This document shows positions 11,757 through 22,689 of a stretch of DNA of 64,000 bases, one piece after another. The notes under the pieces are model-generated. The model had not been told where the DNA came from. It worked only from the letters and a program-made list of their open reading frames with translations, and ran no database searches. Positions within the stretch are counted from its first letter, which is position 1. Each line of letters opens with the position of its first letter. This stretch comes from Octopus sinensis (taxonomy: Eukaryota): assembly GCF_006345805.1 (NCBI RefSeq), contig NC_043006.1, forward strand, positions 69,068,001 through 69,132,000. The letters run 5' to 3'. The translations under genes were made by a program, and so were the position numbers.

Positions 11757-12050
11757 GAAGGCGCGTGGCTCAGTGGTTAAGGCGTTGCACTCACGATTGC
11801 GAGGTCGTGGGTTCGATTCCCAAACCGGGCGTTGCGTTCTTGAGCAAAGCACTTCATTTCACGGTGCTCTGCGATCATTCTGTCGTCTGACATGTGGCAC
11901 TCGTTGCACCTGTACAGGTAATGTCGATCTGATGGAAGGAGTGAGCGTATGTCTACACTAACATTTGATTACTATAAACAAATCATCTGTGTGGTTATTC
12001 GGTAAGAAATTGTCGAACCCTCATACGTCGTCTAACGATGGGAGAGTTCA
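11757..12050 (+). mobile_element. tRNA-derived SINE family F (V-domain-like body)
   Basis: tggctcagtgg (A box) and ggttcgattccc (B box), then cttgagcaaagcacttcatttc. The head is shared with 42547. Confidence 0.75.
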
Positions 12051-12103
12051 TCATATATTTATATATAAGAAGCAAATTAGTAACAAGGATATCCAGATAT
12101 CAA

Positions 12104-12190
12104 TACATTACGGCCGTTTCAAGCGGCTCCATTTAATCGATCAATGAAAACATTACAACAATTTGAATTAACTATTCTCCTCCGACGCAG
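12104..12190 (-). ncRNA. Hammerhead motif, inverted partner copy with mutated core
   Basis: The minus strand reads tgcgt-CGGAGGA...ggagccgctt-GAAA-cggccg-TA-atgta. Core has U4>G and the stem II 5' strand is decayed. Confidence 0.55.
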
Positions 12191-13153
12191 ACGACCATAT
12201 AGATTTCCAGCATAAAAGATAAACCACTTGTACTCTATTATACAGTTAGTACACTTCTAATTTAATTACCCCTTACAGTCGAGTCTATATTTAAAATATC
12301 TTACACTTATCCACCTGTAATGAGGATAATTATGCTGGTTTTGATTTAATATATACTATATACTCCTACTCAGATGATAATTCAATTTACTTATAAATTC
12401 ATTGGGGAATAGTTTTTATCATGGCCACCTTAGCAATACGCTTAGGAAAGGCTTTATAAACTTCCCCTTATATATTAAAGTACCCCATTTTTAAGGCATA
12501 AGTTTAATTATCTATCCTTTTTCAATTATGTTGTTTTAAAATTCTTTTCTAAATTTTTGATATATTAAATTGGCTAAGTGATGATACCCCTTGTTACCCC
12601 AGGTTCTAATTTCCACCCTTACAACTTATTTTGATCTCCTTTGTTTTCCACTTTATTCCCCCTTTTATTTGACTAACTAAATATATTTACTAACCACTCC
12701 CGTCCTTCCTTCTTCTAGTTATCACCTCTTCTCCACCAGTCTTTCTCTTACTAGCAGCTCTGAGATATATCCTCGTATGTAGATAAAGCTAGATATACGG
12801 CCCCAGTAAAATAAGGGTCGTGGAGAGTATCTAACATTAATTAATTTATCACCATCAACTGGAACTGTCAACTCCTAAAGGATTTAACTGTAAAGGATTG
12901 TAGACTATATACTGCATTAAATAAAATAAAGGTAAAGATAAATTAACTCTCACCATTCCTTTTTCTTAACTCCCATTATTTTCCTCTGCTACTCTCTAAA
13001 TTATAGTAGTCTTTAGATATACATTTCCCCTAAATTCATTCTGCCACAAACATAGCAAAGGGAAGCAATATAATTATTTTGGTTTCTAGTACTGGTGTAA
13101 ATTGTGTTTAAAAAAATGGTTTATCCTGTTTATTGGAAATCTATATAGTCGTC

Positions 13154-13240
13154 TGCGTCTGAGGAGAGCGGTTTCTTTCAAACTGATGTAATGTTTTCAT
13201 TGATCGATTAAATGGAGCCGCTTGAAACGGCCGTAATACA
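13154..13240 (+). ncRNA. Type I hammerhead ribozyme motif with intact core
   Basis: CTGAGGA 13159-13165; stem II gagcggtttc/ggagccgctt (10 bp, 3 G-U); GAAA 13224-13227; palindromic cggccg; GTA cleavage triplet ending 13235; stem I tgcgt/ataca with one mismatch. Confidence 0.7.
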
Positions 13241-13529
13241 TTAATACCTGGACATCCTTGTTACATATTTACTTTTTATTCACCTAGCTTCGAGCTGCGC
13301 GGTCTATACCGAACTGGCTTGGTGCCTCAATTTAAGGACCTAATTTAACTGAATCTTAATTATATATATATATCATTAAAATTATGATCAAGGGCATCTA
13401 AAAGATACCACCATGCTAGAGATCGCAGTCAAACTTGACTCTCTGTCTCTCTTTATATATATATATATATATATATATACAGGTATGAGCGCACATATAC
13501 ATATATAAGTACATGCGTACACAAATCTA

Positions 13530-13662
<133 letters not shown>

Positions 13663-13807
13663 TGAGATGCCTTCAGGGTTTACTATTTCAGCTTTTTATG
13701 ATGTAGTGACGCTAATTGTGAAACTGCTCCATTCGAGAAGCGAAACCGACTCATTGAGTTAAGTCCCAGATATTTTACACACCTGTTACCTCATATTGTA
13801 ATATTAC

Positions 13808-14011
13808 CATCAAATTTCGGCACAAGGCCAGGAATTTCGTAGGAGGGGGCTAATTCGATTAAACAGACTTCAGTGTTCAGTTAATACTTATTTTAATGGA
13901 CTCCGAGACAGATAAAAGTTAAAGCCGACTCCGGTGGAATTTGAACTCAGAATATAATGATGGAAGAAATTTTTCCCGACGTTCTAACGATTCTACCAGT
14001 TCGCTGCCTTA
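13808..14011 (-). mobile_element. SINE family A' (alternative tail ...ggccttgtgcc...), diverged
   Basis: Reverse complement of the family-A head and core with the ccctcc..aaatt..ggccttgtgcc tail. Confidence 0.8.
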
Positions 14012-14797
14012 CCTCATGTAAGGTACATTATGTTTCGCTGATGTGATATGGTGTATGTCATAAACAAATATAAAGCAGAATTGACACCGTTGAAGTCACT
14101 TGAACCACACCCCAGTTCACTCTGTTTTTTCCCTCGTTTCTGCACGTACTGATTCACACATGTTACGGTTGGGCATTGGAGGCATTAAACTCACTAGTTA
14201 GGGAGTGTAGGCTTGCAAAGGTCGTAGACTGCCTTGATTAAGTATGAGAGAGAAAAGAAGGGAAAAGAAACATCTCTGAAAAATAGAAGCCAAAATTTAT
14301 TAAAATAGACGTTTGTGTATTATACTTAATGTCAGTACATCGTGATAGACAAATTTGCTGCAGTATTTGTTCTGAGATAATACCTAATATGGACGTACCG
14401 TGTTTAAAAACGCAAAATATGTCAGAGGCAGACGAAAACTGTTTTAGCAGCGGTCGGTGAAAATGCTAGATGCATTTCTGCTTCCCTAGACTTCGTCAGT
14501 AGCATGTAGTCATAGCCAATCGTATGTCAATAGGAAATCTGTCACCATGTTACATATAACGGGCTTACGTTCAATCTGTAGGCTATTTAGAACGTCAGTG
14601 ATTGTTTATTCACTGTTTTCCTGTATTTGTGCTTTTAAATACATGAAGTTCATAGGAAATATTACAAGACTATTGAAGTAGCCAATTAGAGAAGGTAACA
14701 CTATTGAAAAGACCAGTCAAAGAAGGTGGACAGTCCACACTGGTTTGCTAGAAATTTGAGGGTAAAAGTATTTGAAAAAACTCTGATTTAAATTTCA

Positions 14798-15233
14798 AGA
14801 GTGGCTGTGTGGTAAGTAGCTTGCTTACCAACCACATACTTCTGGGTTCAGTCCCACTGCTCAAGTGGCAAGTGCCTTCTACTATAGCCTCGGATTGACT
14901 AAAGTCTTGTGATTGGATTTGGTAGACGGAAACTGAAAGAAGCTCGTCTATATATATATGTATATATATATATATATTCATGTATATATATGTATATATA
15001 TATACATGTGTGTGTGTGTCTGTGTGTCTGTGTGTGCTTGTGTATCTGTGTTTGTTCCCCCAACATCGCTTGACAACCGATTCTGGTGTGTCTAGAACTT
15101 AGCGGTTCGGCAAAGAGACCGACGGAGTAAGCTTACAAAGAATAAGTCTTGGGTCAATTTGCTTGACTAAAGGCGGTGCTCCAGCATGGCCGCAGTCAAA
15201 TAAATGACTGAAACAAATAGAAAAAATAAAAGA
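14798..15233 (+). mobile_element. SINE family B full composite (head + internal TA/TG microsatellite + tail) with 10-bp TSD
   Basis: TSD ttaaatttca at 14788-14797 and 15234-15243 brackets head, microsatellite and tail as one insertion. Confidence 0.88.
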
Positions 15234-15944
15234 TTAAATTTCATACCTGATTGTGTTATAAACACGAGATATGGCACAACTAATAATCAACCTTAATGTC
15301 TAATTTACGTAAGTACTTCATAGGATAAATATATGTAGATGGGGTTTCGGAGAGAGAGGGAGAGAGAGAGAGAGACGGAGAGTGAGGGAGAGAGAGAGAG
15401 AGACGGAGAGTGAGGGAGAGAGAGACAGAGAAAGAGAGACAGTGAGCAACATTAGACTGGTCAACTGACCTCAACTTGAAGATTTAACTGTACATTTTCG
15501 AAAGAAGGGTTCTTACTAACATATAAATATATGTGTGTGTGTATGTGTGTGTATTTGTGTGTGTGTGTATGTGTGTGTATTTGTGCGTGTGTGCATGTAT
15601 GTGTTAGTGTGCGTGTGTGTGTGTGTGTTGTGTTTGTGTGTGTGTGAAATGAAAGTCTTACTGCAAACTATGGATGCATTGGGCTTTTATGAACTTGGGC
15701 TGCATTAGTTTTGAGAGTTCCCTGAGTTTCATAGATACACACACACATACGCACACAAGTTCGCGCGCGCGTACACACACACACATGCTCTTACAGATGC
15801 ACTCACACATTTGCACATACACATGCACGCACAATATACACACACATATACAACCATACGTATGTAGACTGCTGGATCAATAGATACATGAACATACACA
15901 CATGCATGCACACACACGCATACACACACACATACTCACACGCA

Positions 15945-15983
<39 letters not shown>

Positions 15984-16085
15984 AAAGAAAGAGAAAAATA
16001 TGTAGACAGACAAAGGACAGAGAGAGAAATTTAAATTGATAGACAGACAGATAGACAGACAGACAGACAGTCTGATAGACAGATG

Positions 16086-16135
<50 letters not shown>

Positions 16136-16691
16136 AGATAGATAGATAGATAGATAGATAAATTGATTTTTATCACAACACCAGCTGTTGATACAAATAC
16201 TTATCTATACTATGTACATAGGAATATGTAGACAGTACACTCAAAGAAATGAAGAGAGAGAGAGAGAGAGAGGGAGAGAGAGGGATCAAGAGAGAGAGAG
16301 AGGAGAGGAGAGGGGGGAGAGAAAGTGGGAGAGAGGGACAGAGGAAAAGACAGCGAGTGGGAGAGATTGAAATGGAATTATTGACAGATATTCCACCATT
16401 CTTTTGCTAAGATATCACATACACTTACGATTATAGTTCTACTTTGTACAGCGTACATGCATACATAGTAGATGACACTTGCCCAAGGTGTCACACTGTA
16501 GAAATGAACCTGAAACCAGCAAAACTATCAGCATGGAAGAGAAAATGTAATAACTAGCTTGATGTTCGATGAAAGGTTCAGAGAGTGAAAATCTATGACA
16601 TTTTGGACTTAAGGTTTGCTTCAGAAGTTGAGCATGTTGAGTGACCAATACAGAAAACCAAATTTAGGTTCCAGGATAGACACTGTAAGCA

Positions 16692-17842
16692 TATTCTTTT
16701 CTATTCTAGGCCCAAGGGCCGAAATTTTTGGGGAAGAGCGCCAGTCGATTATATCGACCCTAGTACGCAACTGATACTTAATTTATCGACCCCGAAAAAA
16801 TGAAAGGTAAAGTCGACCTCGGCGGAATTTGAACTCAGAATGTAGCGGCAGACGAAATACCGCTGAGCAATTCGCCCGGCGTGCTAACGTTTCTCCCAGC
16901 TTGTCGCTTTTCTTTTCTACTCTAGGCACATGGCCCGAAAATCTGGGGGAGGGGGCCAGTTGATTAGATTGACCCTAGTACGCAACTGGTACTTAATTTA
17001 TCGACCACGAAAGGATGAAAGGCAAAGTTGATATCGGCGGAATTTGAACTCAGAACGTCAAGACAGACGAAATGCCTATTTCTTTACTACTCACAAGGGA
17101 CTAAGCACAGAAGGGACAAACAAGGACAGACAAACGGATTAAGTCGATTATATCGACCCCAGTGCGTAACTGGTACTTATTTAATCGATCCCGAAAGGAT
17201 GAACGGCAAAGTCGACCTCGGCGAAATTTGAACTCAGAACATAAAGACAGACGAAATACCTATTTCTTACTACCCACAAGGGGCTAAACACAGAGAGGAC
17301 AAACAAGGACAGACAAACGGGCTAAGTCGATTATATCGACCCCAGTGAGTAACTGCTACTTTTTTAATCGACCCCGAAAGGATGAAAAGCAAAGTCGACC
17401 TCGACGGAATTTTTACCCCGAACTTAGTGGCAGACGAAATACCTGTAAGCATTTCACTTGGCGTGCTAACTTTCTGCTAGCTCGTCGCTTTTCTTTTCTA
17501 CTCTAGGCACAAGGCCCAAATATTTGGGGGAGAGGGCCAGTCGATTATATCGACCCTAGTACGCAACTGGTGCTTAATTTATCGACCCCGAAAGGATGAA
17601 AGCAAAGTCAACTTCGGCGGAATTTGAAATCAGAACGTAACGGCAGACGCAATACCTATTTCTTTACGACCCACAAGGGGCTAAACACAGAGGGGATAAA
17701 CAAGGGCAAACAAACGGATTAAGCCGATTACATCGACCCCAGTGCGAAAATAGTACTTAATTTATCGACCCCGAAAAGATGAAAGGCAAAGTCGCTAAGC
17801 ATTTCGCCCGACGTGCTAACATTTCTGTCTGCTCGCCGCCTT
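16692..17842 (-). mobile_element. Head-to-tail cluster of six family A/A' SINE units
   Basis: Units approximately 16692-16908, 16909-17076, 17077-17260, 17261-17490, 17491-17656 and 17657-17842, all in the same orientation. Confidence 0.92.
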
Positions 17843-18229
17843 GAAACTATAAAGATAATGTGAACGATATGTTTATTGTAGGCTAAAAGTTCTGATCAAC
17901 ATATTTTATTTACTCTCTCAGAGTATCTTTTCCTTTTCTCTCTCTTTAACAACATCATACCAGACATTCTTATCTTGTCCAAGATATTGTACTTCTCATT
18001 CCAATGTAACAACTGTGCTAGTAACTGTTTGCTTTTAGTTTTTTCTGTTTGGTGGGAAACACGTAAATTTTCCCTAATACAAGGATCTTTCATACAAGGC
18101 CCATTGTGCATGTTTGTGTGTGTGTATATATGTAAGTATCTGGCACCAATGCACGTGCAGATTTGAATGTTTTGTTTTATGAATGTATACTCATACAAAT
18201 AGTTGCACATCTAAATATGTGCATAGTCT

Positions 18230-18435
18230 TTACTCTCTCTCTTTTACTCTTCTTATTTGTTTCAGTCGTTTGACTGCACGCCTTTAGTCGATAAAATCGA
18301 CCCCAGGACTTATTCTTTGTAAGCCTAGTATTTATTCTATCGGTCACCTTTGCCGAACCGCTAGTTATGGGGACGTAAACACACCAGCATCGCTTGTCAA
18401 GTGATGTTGGGGGGACAAACACAGACACACAATCT
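18230..18435 (-). mobile_element. SINE family B tail
   Basis: Reverse complement of gtttgtccccccaacatc...ggggtcgat..tcgactaaagg...ctgaaacaa. Confidence 0.85.
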
Positions 18436-18589
18436 ATCGGTGACAGTAGCGCCAACGTCACGGCCATAGATGACCACCAGAACGATAACAGCCACAGCGA
18501 TATCGCCAGACCCGCACTTCGTGATGATGACAGTACCGATGGCAGCTCCATCAACACCAGCGGCAACAACATCTCCAGGCCCAGAGTCA

Positions 18590-19250
18590 ACCGAAGACAC
18601 GCCAGAAATGAGAGTACAACCAACACCCAAGTCTGGAGATATATCGGGTCAGTGGGGATGGCCTTCAAGTGACACTTGTACAACCACAGGTCCTCTTTTA
18701 GGATTCCGAAAAAGCGATTCATCGCATCCCTAGCCAGCCACGTACTGTGCCTGAAAGATGAAGGAGGAGCTCTATATAATATCAGATGGAGGATCATTGA
18801 GTGGCTGGGACCCTTCATTAATGGGAGCGGACGCTCAAGCTTTGTATAGCTGAGCGAACAAGGACCCTCAAAGATGCTCTGAAACCTGGACCACTGAATA
18901 CTCGACAGGAAATTTACAGACCCTGCATCTATTTCAAACGCTACCTGTTGCAAGCACGGGATTCCCTCTTCTCCAATTAGACACGGAAAGGTCCTTATGA
19001 ACTAAAAACAGCCCAAGGGAAATATTCCCTATTCCCCCTATTTTGGCCCAGAGGAACTGGTCCAAAGGAGATCTCCCGTCCTCACCGACCTAGAATCTTA
19101 ATGCTTTGGTAACTTACCGAAACAGATTCCTGCCTTCTAGAGATGAAGAGTTACATTTGTCTTCGGCTTAAGAGTCTAAGGAGCCATCCACAGGGCTAAG
19201 CCCTTTGTGGATGCGAAACCATTGGTCATTCTATGACTGGACATAGACTT
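18590..19250 (+). mobile_element. Penelope-like element 3' fragment (GIY-YIG C-terminus plus terminal repeat)
   Basis: RYIGSVGMAFK*HLYNHRSSFRIPKKRFIASLASHVLCLKDEGGALYNIRWRII, then after a frameshift KLCIAE..LNTRQEIYRPCIYFKRYLL. Confidence 0.85.
19171..19232 (+). ncRNA. Type I hammerhead ribozyme motif with a single core mutation (G5A)
   Basis: Stem I agagt/attct; CTAAGGA; long stem II hairpin catccaca..agggc-taa-gccct..tgtggatg; GAAA; cc-att-gg; GTC cleavage triplet ending 19227. Confidence 0.75.
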
Positions 19251-19254
19251 AACT

Positions 19255-19668
19255 CTTTACTCTTTTACTTGTTTCAGTCATTTGACTGTGGCCATGCTGG
19301 AGCACCGCCTTTAGTCGAGCAAATTGACGCCGGGACTTATTCTTTGTAAGCCTAGTACTTATTCTATCGGATTCTTTGTCGAACCGCTAGGTAACGGAGA
19401 CGTAAACACACCAGCATCGGTTGTCAAGCAATGTTGGGGGGACAAACACAGACACACAAACATATATAAACACATACACACACATATACATATATATATA
19501 CATATATACGACAGGCTTCTTTCAGTTTCCGTCTACCAAATCCACTCACAAGGCTTTGGTCGACCCGAGGCTATAGTAGAAGACACTTGCCCAAGGTGCC
19601 ACGCAGTGGGACTGAACCCGGAACCATGTGGTTGGTAAGCAAGCTACTTACCACACAGCCACTCCTAC
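19255..19668 (-). mobile_element. SINE family B full composite
   Basis: Reverse complement of the 14798-15233 architecture, with an (agtaaaag)n tail at 19255-19270. Confidence 0.9.
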
Positions 19669-19868
19669 ATATAAAAATATATAGATATGTATATATGTGT
19701 GTGTGTGTGTGTGTGTGTGAGTGTGTGTGTGTGTGTCTGTGTGCATGCATATATATATGCATATCTATATATATTTTTACATGTAGTTAAGTCTACGTCC
19801 GGTTATAGACTGACCAACAGTTTCGCATGGATGTGTATGTATATGTGTGAGTGTATGTGTATGTGTGT

Positions 19869-19924
<56 letters not shown>

Positions 19925-20439
19925 TGTGTGTGTGTGTGTGCGTGTGTGAGCCATTGTTTCTTCCCGACCACTGCTTGACAACGAGTGTTGGCATGTTTAT
20001 GTCACCATAACTTAGCAATTTCGCAAAGGAGCCTGGTTGAGTAAGTAACCAAATTTAAAAAAAGGAATAAAAATAAACACTAGGGTTGATTCATTCAACT
20101 AACAATCCTTCAAGGTGGTGCCCCAGCAGGGCCGCAGTCTAACGACTGAAACTATACATATGTTTGTGTATCTATCTATGGATTTGTCTATCTATCGGTC
20201 TGTCTTTCTGTCTGTCTATCTATTTATCTGCCTGCCTGTCTGTCTGTCTGTCTGTTTTTTTTCCATCCATCCATCCATCCATCCATCCATCCATCCATCC
20301 ATCCATCCATCCATCTATCTATAGACCGATAGAATAAGTACTGGGCTTACAAAGAATAAGTTCCGGGGTCGATTTGCTCGACTAAAGGCGCTGCTCCAGT
20401 AAACTGAAACAAGTAAAAGAGTAAAGAGTATATATATGT

Positions 20440-20800
<361 letters not shown>

Positions 20801-20951
20801 TAGTTATAGCATTCATCAGAATCAAGGCACATCAACACTTAGGATGCCAGAAATGGCAAGGTACATGATGTAATTTGTGAATGCATCAATAAAATTCTAC
20901 TGAAACAGTTGTAGTAAATTCAAGCCCCTTTTGTGTTCTTATAAATATATA

Positions 20952-21831
20952 TAGACTGCGATGGGTAAACTGTCGCCATTTATATTTTTAATTTCATGCA
21001 TGTGCATTGTATGTTTTTGATTTTGCACTAACACAGCATAGTAGGGTCGCTCGGGCACCATCTGTGAGACAAACAACACTATGACCCAATTCACTCTGCT
21101 AGAAATTTGGAAACGACATGCTGTACTACTTGGCATTCGCGCCGGAAGCTCCAGTACGAACATTTCAGAGTGTTTGGGTGTCAATCTGGGGACATGTACC
21201 GAGAGTGATAAAAATCAAACATCCAGTCAACATCATGGTGTTTGGAGTGATTACATGTGATGTCGACGTTATGCCTCCATTCATCTTCCCACACGACCTC
21301 ACATACAACGCGGAGGCCTACACCACATTCAACGCGGAGCCTGGAGGAGATAGTGCTGCTCTGGGTGAAGAGGGTGGCTGCTGGAAGGCCCAATATCTAG
21401 CAATATGACTCTGTACCATGCCCACACAAGCTGGAGAACCCAGTCATGGCTGTCTGACAATTTCTGCGACCACATCACCCCTAACATCTGGCCACCCAAC
21501 TCTCCACAGTGCAACCCTCTTGATTATTATGTGTGGGGCGCAGTTGAGCGAGAGACCAATAAAACTCCTTGTAACAGCAAAATGAACTGAAGGCAAGGAT
21601 TATGGCAGCATTCACCAACTTAAACAAGGAGACCGTGCAGAAGAGCTGTATGAGATTCTGAAGTCGTCTGGACGCCGTGGCTAAAGCCAATGGCGATTTT
21701 ACTGAATAAATTTACTCTTTAGTATTTCAAGATATTTTGATATAATTCTGGTAAATATATCTGTTAAAATGAGATATCTGTTATTTTCATTTTAACAGAT
21801 ATTTAGACGACAGTTTATTTACTGCACCCTG
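20952..21831 (+). mobile_element. Internally deleted Tc1/mariner element of DD37D (maT) type
   Basis: KHPVNIMVFGVIT..MPPFIFPH and WPPNSPQCNPLDYYVWGAVE (the WPPNSPDLNPLDY motif). The right end ...actgcaccctg|TA is a cagggtg-type TIR; a degenerate left TIR sits at 20952-20975 and shares taaactgtcg. Confidence 0.82.
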
Positions 21832-21849
21832 TATATATATATATCTATA

Positions 21850-21887
21850 TCCATATCTATCTATCTGTCTGTCTGCCTGCCTCTCTG

Positions 21888-21941
<54 letters not shown>

Positions 21942-21942
21942 A

Positions 21943-22022
<80 letters not shown>
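21850..22022. repeat. (ATCT)n microsatellite
   Basis: Direct inspection. Confidence 0.97.
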
Positions 22023-22023
<1 letters not shown>

Positions 22024-22089
22024 AATCTTCCGAAAATCATAAATCCAGAAGAGAAGCACACTCAAGGTTATAGAGCAGGAGAGTATATA

Positions 22090-22297
22090 GATAAAGATAA
22101 ATATGGCCAGTCTATGGGATGACTGAGTTTCATGACCATATAGCGATTAGTTTCACAGCATTTCTTCATACCTGTGGCCCCTCTTTGCCAGAGGCCACAA
22201 GCCAACGGGTTTTAGGGTATGAAGAACTGTAAAGCTAAGTGCTAAAGAGACGTGAAACATAGGGTAACATCATAGATCGGCCATATCTATCTTTATC
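22090..22297. repeat. ~210-bp degenerate foldback (nested inverted repeats)
   Basis: Paired segments 22090-22116/22271-22297, ttcttcatacc/ggtatgaagaa (22162/22216) and tgtggcc/ggccaca (22173/22193). Confidence 0.8.
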
Positions 22298-22432
22298 TCC
22301 CTCTCTCTTTATAAATATATATATATATATACATATATATAAAAGGAAAGTTTACGAAAATAAACAAAAGACGAAGGCAGGTGGTGTACAATCATACAAA
22401 TGTATTAGTATAGCGCTCAGGAATAGAAAAAG

Positions 22433-22470
22433 TCTTTTACGTTTCGAGCCTACGCTCTTCGACAGAAAGA
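22433..22470 (-). ncRNA. Ultra-minimal hammerhead motif (PLE-type), one core mismatch
   Basis: 5'-UCUUU CUGUCGA A GAGC GUAG GCUC GAAA CG UA AAAGA-3'. Stems I and II are perfect; stem III is reduced to the ACGU palindrome. Confidence 0.65.
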
Positions 22471-22689
22471 TACACAGAAAAAAACAAGGAGAGAAAGAAA
22501 ATGCGTGTAGGAGCTAACGATCTATCATATACACACACACATAAGCACAGCTATATCCTGGAGAGGAAGAACACGTATATACAAGAGAATAAGCATACAT
22601 ACATACATGCATACATACACATACACAGCTGTATACCAAAGAGCAAGTTTACACAGACATACATATACTTACATAGACATGGATACATG

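Larger units (their letters stand above)
12068..13276. mobile_element. ~1.2-kb element with ~150-bp inverted terminal arms, each containing a hammerhead motif (PLE-derived inverted terminal repeat structure)
   Basis: 12080-12226 is the reverse complement of 13117-13264, including an exact run tacggccgtttcaagcggctccatttaatcgatcaatgaaaacattaca. The interior has only weak PLE-like remnants (INWNCQ, DCRLYTALNK). Confidence 0.85.

Noticed and set aside
11761-11835. Functional tRNA gene (CAC anticodon-like loop)
   Set aside because: No proper acceptor stem or anticodon stem; it continues into a SINE body and the head recurs at 42547.
17961-18073. Possible 113-bp minus-strand exon (tag|...|gtatga)
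   Set aside because: Poor polypyrimidine tract and no recognisable homology; expected by chance.
18177-18953. 258-aa minus-strand ORF, the longest non-microsatellite ORF
   Set aside because: It is antisense to a SINE B tail plus the Penelope fragment; the recognisable protein motifs are on the plus strand.
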